Assembly (NCBI RefSeq): GCF_032444005.1
Contig: NC_091285.1
Coordinates: 268,956,001 to 269,020,000, forward strand
Length of the DNA: 64,000 bases
Direction: 5' to 3'
From: Ranitomeya imitator
Lineage: Eukaryota
Part shown: positions 48,114 to 59,489 of the stretch, piece after piece
How positions within the stretch are numbered: position 1 is the first letter of the stretch
Layout of the letters: every line of letters begins with the position of its first letter
The notes under the pieces: generated by a model
What the model was told of the DNA's origin: nothing
Seen by the model: only the letters and a program-made list of their open reading frames with translations
Databases searched by the model: none
Made by a program: the position numbers and the translations under genes

Positions 48114-49753
48114 CAGTTAGGGCCAGAAATATTTGGACAGTGACACAAGTTTTGTTATTTTAGCTGTTTACAAAAACATGTTCAGAAATACAATTATATA
48201 TATAATATGGGCTGAAAGTGCACACTCCCAGCTGCAATATGATAGTTTCCACATCCAAATCGGAGAAAGGGTTTAGGAATCATAGCTCTGTAATGCATAG
48301 CGTCCTCTTTTTCAAGGGACCAAAAGTAATTGGACAATGGACTCTAAGGGCTGCAATTAACTCTGAAGGCGTCTCCCTCGTTAACCTGTAATCAATGAAG
48401 TAGTTAAAAGGTCAGGGGTGGATTCCAGGTGTGTGGTTTTGCATTTGGAAGCTGTTGCTGTGAGCAGACAACATGCGGTCAAAGGAACTCTCGATTGAGG
48501 TGAAGCAGAACATCCTGAGGCTGAAAAAATAGAAAAAATCCATCAGAGAGATAGCAGACATGCTTGGAGTAGCAAAATCAACAGTTGGGTACATTCTGAG
48601 AAAAAAGGAATTGACTGGTGAGCTTGGGAACTCAAAAAGGCCTGGGCATCCACGGATGACAACAGTGGTGGATGATCGCCGCATACTTAATTTGGTGAAG
48701 AAGAACCCGTTCACAACATCAACTGAAGTCCAGAACACTCTCAGTGAAGTAGGTGTATCTGTCTCTAAGTCAACAGTAAAGAGAAGACTCCATGACAGTA
48801 AATACAAAGGGTTCACATCTAGATGCAAACCATTCATCAATACCAAAAATAGACAGGCCAGAGTTAAATTTGCAGAAAAACACCTCAAGAAGCCAGCTCA
48901 GTTCTGGAAAAGTATTCTATGGACAGATGAGACAAAGATCAACCTGTACCAGAATGATGGGAAGAAAAAAGTTTGGAGAAGAAAGGGAACGGCACATGAT
49001 CCAAGGCACACCACATCCTCTGTAAAACATGGTGGAGGCAACGTGATGGCATGGGCATGCATGGCTTTCAATGGCACTGGGTCACTTGTGTTTATTGATG
49101 ACATAAGAGCAGACAAGAGTAGCCGGATGAATTCTGAAGTGTACCGGGATATACTTTCAGCCCAGATTCAGCCAAATGCTGCAAAGTTGATTGGACGGCG
49201 CTTCATAGTACAGATGGACAATGACCCCAAGCATACAGCCAAAGCTACCCAGGAGTTCATGAGTGCCAAAAAGTGGAACATTCTGCAATGGCCAAGTCAA
49301 TCTCCAGATCTAAACCCAATTGAGCATGCATTTCACTTGCTCAAATCCAGACTTAAGACGGAAAGACCCACAAACAAGCAAGACCTGAAGGCTGCGGCTG
49401 TAAAGGCCTGGCAAAGCATTAAGAAGGAGGAAACCTAGCGTTTGGTGATGTCCATGGGTTCCAGACTTAAGGCAGTGATTGCCTCCAAAGGATTTGCAAC
49501 AAAATATTGAAAATAAAAATATTTTGTTTGGGTTATGTTTACTTTTGACCTCCTAAAATGTGGAGTGTTTGTAAAGAAATGTGTACAATTCCTACATTTT
49601 CTATCAGATATTTTTGATCAACCCTTCAAATTAAACATTACAATCTGCACTTGAATTCTGTTGTAGAGGTTTCATTTCAAATCCAATGTGGTGGCATGCA
49701 GAGCCCAACTCGCGAAAATTGTGTCACTGTCCAAATATTTCTGGCCCTAACTG
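48114..49753 (+). mobile_element. Tc1 family B second copy, two nonsense mutations
   Basis: Same TIRs and TA flanks; TAG near 48530 and at 49436. Confidence 0.95.
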
Positions 49754-51929
49754 TATGAGCTATTGCTAGCATTGCTTAAATAGTGTGGGGATTTTGGAGT
49801 GAGGTAGCAGAGATACTACCCATGCATGATATTGAGCTAATTTGGCTTAAATTATCTGGATCTTTACCCACACTAATATAAATGTTAGCCCAAGAGAGAA
49901 AAAATATATATGCTTAGATGATCAGGTTGGATCTGTCTATAAGTGTATTTACACTGTGCATAGTATCTTGGGGCCGCTGTGAATAATTATACCATTGTGA
50001 CATCTATATCGCCATATGTGTGTGTGTATATAGCGTTTTACTGGTGGGAACTAGGTCATCCCTAGAAGAGTATCTTTCTGTCTAGCGCTAGAGGACCCTT
50101 TAGTGTGTGGGTAGTGGCTTACATTAGTGGCCGTAGGGTCTTGTAGGGCCCCTAGGGACAGTCATCGAGGAGCGGAGGCGCCATAACGCTCCCCCTAGGG
50201 TGCCTACCTCCGCAGCTAGGCAGGGGCAAACTAGTGGCCTGAGTAGGGCGATCTAGGTCTCCCCATTAGTTTTTTAGTCGTTTGGTGCACATTTTTTTCA
50301 CGTTTTTGGTTGTTTTTGATTAGTGTTTGGTTTTGTAGGTGGGTCTGTCTGCCTTGCTTTTAATAATAAAATTATACCATTTTAGACTGAGGTTTTTCAT
50401 ATGATTTTGAGGATTTATACCTCGTGCTTACTGGATCTTTTTTTGAGATTAATACTGTCTAGGAGTTAACCTTTCGCTGATTCAATGTAAACTAGATTCT
50501 TGTGATCAGTGACCATCGTAAAAAAATGGCTCCTTTCCTCAAAGACCAATTTGACAGCAAGTAACTCCTGATTCCCAACATCATAATTTCTTTCCACCTT
50601 CACAATGAACATTTCTTGGAGATCAAGTTGTATAAAAATGGAAGCAGACATAAAACTTTAAATTTTTCGAATGCTCTGATGGCACCCAGCGACCAAACCT
50701 TGAGATTAACCTCCTTACTAGAGTTGAGCGACCTTGACCTTTTTAGAGTCGAGCCGGGTTTCGCGAAACTCGACTATCTCAAAAGTCGGGTCGAGTGAAA
50801 TCGCCCGATTATGACGTAAAGTCGGGATCGACCGAAACACGAAACCCAATGCAAGTCAATGGGGCAGCATAGTCGGCAGTGAGTGGGGGCCAGGAAAACA
50901 CCTAGAGTGCCCATTTTAATGTCAAAACCATCCATTCTTCTTAATGAAGCTTGTCAAGCGTAATTTACCTTATAATAATTGGAAGGCATTTGAAATTGGG
51001 GGTCATTTGGCTAAAGTTGTGGTGGGTAGGGCTGGTTCAAGTAATTAGTGGGCCCAGGAAATCTGGACCACGTCACGGCAGTGGAGCAGGGAGAGGTAAG
51101 TATTTCAACTTTGCAAGTGCTGTGAACCTGAGCAAGCAGGGGGGGCCCACTCGTTGGCATTGGCACTGGCACAGGGCCCCTCAAAGTACAGCGGTGTGTT
51201 TGCACGGCGGGGGCGCCTCCCACCGGCAGCAACACTTTTGCGTACCATGAGAGGCCCTGTGCCAGTGACGTCGCCAACTAGTATTCCTCCCCCCACCTGA
51301 TGAAGGAACCTGCACTTTCATCTGCACCTTCCTGTTTGTCCCCGTGTAAGGTGGTATGGTATGCGGGAAGGGGGACCTGACTTTCAGCAGGGTCACAATC
51401 TTGCAGTGTAGCGTGCACGGGAAATGTTGCGTTATGGGTCAATGTACCAGCAGACTCATCTATCACTGGCTGGGCAATGGGCAGGATGAGGAGGAAACAC
51501 AGATATAGGCCCAAAGAATAAAGTGGGCTAAATGCAGTTCAAAATTGGTAACACAGGACTAATCAGGGGGCATTGCAGTGGAGGACAACTGGAATGAGAG
51601 GCTGACACAGAGAGTAGGCCCAAATCAGTAAGTAGTCGAAATGCAGTTCAAAATTGGCAACAGTAGTAAACAGGCGGCACAGCTTTGTTCAGTGGAGGAG
51701 AACAGCAAGGAGTGGCAGACACCGATAGTAGGCCCCAACCCAACTAGTAGGCCAAATGCAGTCTAACATTAACAACTACTTAACGAGCGCCTGAAAACGG
51801 AATTTCAGGACAGGAAACCAGGAGAACAGCAAGGAGCGGCAGACACCGATAGTAGGCCCCAAACCAACTAGTACGCCAAATGCAGTTGTTTCGTTTAACC
51901 ACAATTTAATGAGAGCCTGAAGATAGAAG

Positions 51930-52925
51930 TTCAGGAAAGGCAACCTGGAGAACACCTTGGAGTGGAACACACCATCTCTCTACACCCCATACCCAATTTG
52001 TAGGCCTAATGCAGCGTAGTTTCCAACAACTACTAAACGAGAGCATGATGATCGAAGCATTGGCGAGGAAACCTGGGGAACACCTTGGAGTGGAACACAC
52101 CATCTCTCTACAGTGGAACACACCATCTCTCTACACCCCATACCCAATTTGTAGGCCTAATGCAGCGTAGTTTCCAACAACTACTAAACGAGAGCCAGAA
52201 GATCGAAGCTCAGGAAAGGCAACCTGGAGAACACCTTGGAGTGGAACACACCATCTCTCTACACCCCATACCCAATTTGTAGGCCCAATGCAGCGTAGTT
52301 TCCAACAACTACTAAACGAGAGCCGGAAGATCGAAGCAATGGAGAGGAAACCTGGGGAACACCTTGGAGTGTAACACACCATCTCTCTACACCCCATACC
52401 CAATTTGTAGGCCTAATGCAGCGTAGTTTCCAACAACTACTAAACGAGAGCCGGAAGATCGAAGCAATGGAGAGGAAACCTGGGGAACACCTTGGAGTGT
52501 AACACACCATCTCTCTACACCCCATACCCAATTTGTAGGCCTAATGCAGCGTAGTTTCCAACAACTACTAAACGAGAGCCGGAAGATCGAAGCAATGGAG
52601 AGGAAACCTGGGGAACACCTTGGAGTGGAACACACCATCTCTCTACAGTGGAACACACCATCTCTCTACATCCCATACCCAATTTGTAGGCCTAATGCAG
52701 CGTAGTTTCCAACAACTACTAAACGAGAGCCGGAAGATCGAAGCTCAGGAAAGGCAACCTGGGGAACACCTTGGAGTGGAACACACCATCTCTCTACACC
52801 CCATACCCAATTTGTAGGCCCAATGCAGCGTAGTTTCCAACAACTACTAAACGAGAGCCGGAAGATCGAAGCTCAGGAAAGGCAACCTGGGGAACACCTT
52901 GGAGTGTAACAAACCCTCTCTCTAC
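51930..52925. repeat. 128-bp tandem array inside hAT (about 7.5 copies)
   Basis: aacaccttgg at 51951 and 52079; some units carry an extra duplication of about 20 bp. Confidence 0.92.
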
Positions 52926-53379
52926 ACCACGGAAGGGCTGATTCTTAGGAAGGAAGGCTGTCGGAAAGAAGCAGGGCGCGTCCGAGGGTGATTATATTCT
53001 TATTAGGTATATACTCACCCTCGGACGCGCCCTGCTTCTTTATTTGTAATGAATGTTTATTTGCAATGTGGTTTTGACTTACTCTATTTTTTTGGTAAAT
53101 AATGATTTTATTATTTTCATTGTTTTGCATCTTCTTGGCAATAATATAAAGAAGACGCGACAGGACAACACTTGGTGGATGCCATATCTGTGTTTAAAAT
53201 GGAAAAAGCCTTTCAGTTAACTACTTGCAGGAGAAAGTTATTGTAGCTGGTGGCCATTTTTAGTACTGTACCAGATTTTTGTTGTATGTGTTTGTTTTTA
53301 ATGTTAAAATGTCTGCATTTGATATCTCTCCAGTATTTTCTTTTTTATAAGCAAAATACTTATTTTTATATTTTCTGAT

Positions 53380-55252
53380 GTTGGTTCCAGGGGTACACGG
53401 GCAGCAGTGGTGTGGTCAGTGGAGGCCTAGTGGAAGGAGTGACCACAGACAGGCATCGAAGGCCTAAAATAATAACACATGGCTGTAGGCAATTTTAAAT
53501 TGGTTACAGGGGTACACGGGCAGCAGTGGTGTGGTCAGTGGAGGCCTAGTGGAAGGAGTGACCGCAGACAGGCATCGAAGGCCTAAAATAATAACACATG
53601 GCTGTAGGCAATTTTAAATTGGTTCCAGGGGTACACGGGCAGCAGTGGTGTGGTCAGTGGAGGCCTAGTGGAAGGAGTAACCGCAGACAGGCATCGAAGG
53701 CCTAAAATAATAACACATGGCTGTAGGCAATTTTAAATTGGTTCCAGGGGTACACGGGCAGCAGTGGTGTGGTCAGTGGAGGCCTAGTGGAAGGAGTCAC
53801 CGCAGACAGGCATCGAAGGCCTAAAATAATAACACATGGCTGTAGGCAATTTTAAATTGGTTACAGGGGTACACGGGCAGCAGTGGTGTGGTCAGTGGAG
53901 GCCTAGTGGAAGGAGTAACCGCAGACAGGCATCGAAGGCCTAAAATAATAACACATGGCTGTAGGCAATTTTAAATTGGTTCCAGGGGTACACGGGCAGC
54001 AGTGGTGTGGTCAGTGGAGGCCTAGTGGAAGGAGTGACCGCAGACAGGCATCGAAGGCCTAAAATAATAACACATGGCTGTAGGCAATTTTAAATTGGTT
54101 CCAGGGGTACACGGGCAGCAGTGGTGTGGTCAGTGGAGGCCTAGTGGAAGGAGTCACCGCAGACAGGCATCGAAGGCCTAAAATAATAACACATGGCTGT
54201 AGGCAATTTTAAATTGGTTACAGGGGTACACGGGCAGCAGTGGTGTGGTCAGTGGAGGCCTAGTGGAAGGAGTGACCGCAGACAGGCATCGAAGGCCTAA
54301 AATAATAACACATGGCTGTAGGCAATTTTAAATTGGTTCCAGGGGTACACGGGCAGCAGTGGTGTGGTCAGTGGAGGCCTAGTGGAAGGAGTGACCACAG
54401 ACAGGCATCGAAGGCCTAAAATAATAACACATGGCTGTAGGCAATTTTAAATTGGTTCCAGGGGTACACGGGCAGCAGTGGTGTGGTCAGTGGAGGCCTA
54501 GTGGAAGGAGTGACCGCAAACAGGCATCGAAGGCCTAAAATAATAACACATGGCTGTAGGCAATTTTAAATTGGTTCCAGGGGTACACGGGCAGCAGTGG
54601 TGTGGTCAGTGGAGGCCTAGTGGAAGGAGTCACCGCAGACAGGCATCGAAGGCCTAAAATAATAACACATGGCTGTAGGCAATTTTAAATTGGTTCCAGG
54701 GATACACGGGCAGCAGTGGTGTGGTCAGTGGAGGCCTAGTGGAAGGAGTAACCGCAGACAGGCATCGAAGGCCTAAAATAATAACACATGGCTGTAGGCA
54801 ATTTTAAATTAGTTCCAGGGGTACACGGGCAGCAGTGGTGTGGTCAGTGGAGGCCTAGTGGAAGGAGTGACCGCAGACAGGCATCGAAGGCCTAAAATAA
54901 TAACACATGGCTGTAGGCAATTTTAAATTGGTTCCAGGGGTACACGGGCAGCAGTGGTGTGGTCAGTGGAGGCCTAGTGGAAGGAGTCACCGCAGACAGG
55001 CATCGAAGGCCTAAAATAATAACACATGGCTGTAGGCAATTTTAAATTGGTTCCAGGGGTACACGGGCAGCAGTGGTGTGGTCAGTGGAGGCCTAGCGGT
55101 AGGAGTCACCGCAGACAGGCATCGAAGGCCTAAAATAATAACACATGGCTGTAGGCAATTTTAAATTGGTTACAGGGGTACACGGGCAGCAGTGGTGTGG
55201 TCAGTGGAGGCCTAGTGGAAGGAGTGACCGCAGACAGGCATCGAAGGCCTAA
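53380..55252. repeat. 119-bp tandem array inside hAT (about 15.7 copies)
   Basis: ggggtacacggg recurs from 53390 to 55175 at exact 119-bp steps. Confidence 0.97.
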
Positions 55253-55722
55253 CATAACAAAAATGTCAATACAATGGTATTGTCAGTGGTAGGCATTGAA
55301 GGATGTCAGCGCATAGACTAAACATTGGTGGAGCTGTGAGATAATTTTGCAAGTGGTAGAGCACTGTTTGAGCTGGGGTGGGGGGAAACTGTCTTGTGGC
55401 CGGCGGTACAGGCCCAGGGCCCCTCATATTACAACGGTGTGTCTGACGTTGGGTGCGCACCACCACCGCCAGAGACACTTTATTGTACTAGGAGGGACCC
55501 AGTGGCAGTGCCGTCGACCAAAAGCGGGCTCACCCACCTCTTCAGATAAACTGCACTCTCACGGGTGCTGTCGCCAAGTGTCGATACCACGGCCCCGTGT
55601 GGGGAGTTTGGCCATTTAGTGAGGTGTAAACATGTCGTATGCTGGACAATCAGGTGCAGAAAATTACGAGATTGGAAAAGGCATTCAGAATAGTCCACAG
55701 GCAAGACCTTTTCATAGGAAAG

Positions 55723-58700
55723 CTAGGTGTCAGCCGGGCAAGGTGGGGCAAAAGATTTCGAAATCCAGTTGTGGTTCATTTTAATGAAGGTTAGATCATC
55801 TACATTTTGGGTAGCCAGACGAGTCCTTTTTTCTGTTAGTATTGAACCTGCAGCACTGAATACTCTTTCTGATAGGACACTAGCTGCCGGGTAAGCAAGC
55901 TCCTGCAATGCATATTCTGCCAATTCTGGCCAGGTGTCTAATTTTGATGCCCAGTAATCAAATGGGAATGACGGTTGAGGGAGAACATCGATAAGGGATG
56001 AAAAATAGTTTGTAACCATACTGGACAAATGTTGTCTCCTGTCACTTTGAATTGATGCTGCAGTACCTGTCCTGTCTGCGGTCATAGCAAAATCACTCCA
56101 CAACCTGGTCAGAAAACCCCTCTGGCCAACGCCACTTCTGATTTCTGCCCCTCTAACTCCTCTGGTCTGCTGGCCCCTGCAGCTCGTGTGAGAACGATCA
56201 CGGGCGCTGTGTGCAGGGAATGCCAGAAGCAAACGGTCAACAAGAGTTGATTGTTTGGTTGCTAATATTAGTTCCAAGTTCTCATGTGGCATTATATTTA
56301 GCAATTTGCCTTTATAGCGAGGATCAAGGAGGCAGGCCAACCAGTAATCGTCATCATTCATCATTTTAGTTATGCGTGTGTCCCTTTTGAGGATACGTAA
56401 GGCATAATCCGCCATGTGGGCCAAAGTTCCAGTTCTCAAATCTGCGGTTGTGCTTGGTTGAGGGGCAGTTTCAGGCAAATCCACGTCACTTGTGTCCCTC
56501 AAAAAACCAGAACCCGGCCTTGCCGCGCCACCAATTTCCAGTGGCCCCGGAAAAGCTTCCTCATTAAAAATATAATCATCCCCATGATTCTCCTCATCCT
56601 CCTCTTCCTCATCGCCCGCTACCTCGTCCTGTACACTGCCCTGGCCAGACAATGGCTGACTGTCATCAAGGCTTTCCTCTTCCTCAGCTGCAGACGCCTG
56701 ATCCTTTATGTGCGTCAAACTTTGCATCAGCAGACGCATTAGGGGGATGCTCATGCTTATTATGGCGTTGTCTGCACTAACCAGCCGTGTGCATTCCTCA
56801 AAACACTGAAGGACTTGACACATGTCTTGAATCTTCGACCACTGCACACCTGACAACTCCATGTCTGCCATCCTACTGCCTGACCGTGTATGTGTATCCT
56901 CTCACAAAAACATAACAGCTCGCCTCTGTTCACACAGTCTCTGAAGCATGTGCAGTGTTGAGTTCCACCTTGTTGCAACGTCTATGATTAAGCGATGCTG
57001 GGGAAGGTTCAAAGAACGCTGATAGGTCTGCATATGGCTGGAGTGTACGGGCGAACGGCGGATATGTGAGCAAAGTCCACGCACTTTGAGGAGCAGGTCG
57101 GATAACCCCGGATAACTTTTCAGGAAGCACTGCACCACCAGGTTTAAGGTGTGAGCCAGGCAAGGAATGTGTTTCAGTTGGGAAAGGGAGATGGCAGCCA
57201 TGAAATTCCTTCCGTTATCACTCACTACCTTGCCTGCCTCAAGATCTACAGTGCCCAGCCACGACTGCGTTTCTTTCTGCAAGAACTCGGACAGAACTTC
57301 CGCCGTGTGTCTGTTGTCGCCCAAACACTTCATAGCCAATACAGCCTGCTGACGTTTGCCAGTAGCTGCCCCATAATGGGAGACCTGGTGTGCAACAGTG
57401 GCAGCTGCGGATGGAGTGGTTGTGCGACTGCGGTCTGTGGACGAGCTCTCGCTTCTGCAGGAGGACGAAGAGGAGGAGGAGGGGGTGCGAACGGCTACAG
57501 CCAATTGTTTCCTAGACCGTGGGCTAGGCAGAACTGTCCCAAACTTGCTGTCCCCTGTGGACCCTGCATCCACCACATTTACCCAGTGTGCCGTGATGGA
57601 CACGTAACGTCCCTGGCCATGCCTACTGGTCCATGCATCTGTTGTCAGGTGCACCTTTGTGCTCACAGATTGCCTGAGTGCATGGATGATGCGCTCTTTA
57701 ACATGCTGGTGGAGGGCTGGGATGGCTTTTCTGGAAAAAAAGTGTCGACTGGGTAGCTCGTAGCGTGGTACAGCGTAGTCCATCAGGGCTTTGAAAGCTT
57801 CGCTTTCAACTAACCGGTACGGCATCATCTCTAACGAGATTAGTCTAGCTATGTGTGCGTTCAAACCCTGTGTACGCGGATGCGAGGCTAAGTACTTCCT
57901 TTTTCTAACCATAGTCTCATGTAGGGTGAGCTGGACTGGAGAGCTGGAGATCGTGGAACTAGCGGGGGTGCCGGTGGACATGGCAGACTGAGAGACGGTG
58001 GGAGATGGTATTGTTGCCACCGGTGCCCTAGATGCAGTGTTTCCTACTACGAAACTGGTGATTCCCTGACCCTGACGGCTTTGGCCTGCCAAAGAAACCT
58101 GCACAGATACTGCAGGTGGTGCGGAAAATGGTGGCCCTACACTGCCGGAAGGGATGTTGCGTTGCTGACTAGCTTCATTGGCCGAGGGTGCTACAACCTT
58201 AAGGGACGTTTGGTAGTTAGTCCAGGCTTGCAAATGCATGGTGGTTAAATGTCTATGCATGCAACTTGTATTGAGACTTTTCAGATTCTGTCCTCTGCTT
58301 AAGGTAGTTGAACATTTTTGACAGATGACTTTGCGCTGATCAATTGGATGTTGTTTAAAAAAATGCCAGACTGCACTCTTTCTAGCATCGGATACCTTTT
58401 CAGGCATTGCAGACTGAGCTTTAACCGGATGGCCATGCTGTCCTCCAACAGGTTTTAGCTTTGCCACGCGTTTTGGGCAAGATACGGGCCCGGCAGATGG
58501 AACCTGTTGCGATGTTGATGCCTGCTGCGGCCCCTCCTCCTCCGCTTCAGAACTGCTGCCGCCTGCACCCTGTTCCCCCAATGGCTGCCAATCGGGGTCA
58601 AGAACTGGGTCATCTATTACCTCTTCTTGTAGCTCGTGTGCAACTTCGTCTGTGTCACCGTGTCGGTCGGTGGTATAGCGTTCGTGATGGGGCAACATAG

Positions 58701-59292
58701 TCTCATCAGGGTCTGATTCTTGATCAGCACCCTGCGAGGGCAATGTTGTGGTCTGAGTCAAAGGACCAGCATAGTAGTCTGGCTGTGGCTGTGCATCAGT
58801 GCACTCCATCTCAGATTCAACTTGTAATGGGCATGGACTGTTAACTGCTTCACTTTCTAAGCCAGGGACGGTATGTGTAAAGAGCTCCATGGAGTAACCC
58901 GTTGTGTCGCCTGCTGCATTCTTCTCTGTTGTTGTTTTTGCTGAAGAGGACAAGGAAGCGACTTGTCCCTGACCGTGAACATCCACTAACGACGCGCTGC
59001 TTTGACATTTACCAGTTTCACGAGAGGAGGCAAAAGAGCTAGAGGCTGAGTCAGCAAGATAAGCCAAAACTTGCTCTTGCTGCTCCGGCTTTAAAAGCGG
59101 TTTTCCTACTCCCAGAAAAGGGAGCGTTCGAGGCCTTGTGTAGCCAGACGACGAACCTGGCTCCACAGCTCCAGACTTAGGTGCAATATTTTTTTTCCCA
59201 CGACCAGCTGATGCTCCACCACTACCACTACCCTCATTACCAGCTGACAATGAACGCCCCCGGCCACGACCTCTTCCACCATACTTCCTCAT
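55723..59292 (-). pseudogene. BED-finger hAT transposase, 1189 codons with one in-frame TGA at 56902-56904
   Basis: VWHFF..VICQKC..MHRHLTTMH (BED); LTTDAWTS, VVSDNG, CLAHTLNL, RWNST, SVLSERVFSAAG. The two listed ORFs are in the same frame, 10 codons apart. Confidence 0.93.
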
Positions 59293-59489
59293 TGTTTTAA
59301 AAACGTAAACAAACTAACGGTATTTGTTGCTGTCACACAAATTACACGGTGAGCTATAACTTCAGTATGATTTAGCTACCCCTTTACAGGTGAGTGAGAC
59401 CACAACGAAAATCAGGCACAATGTTACACACTCTGTTGTTGGTGGCAACAAATGAGAGAGATGCCACACACGCAGGACTGTCACTGAAG

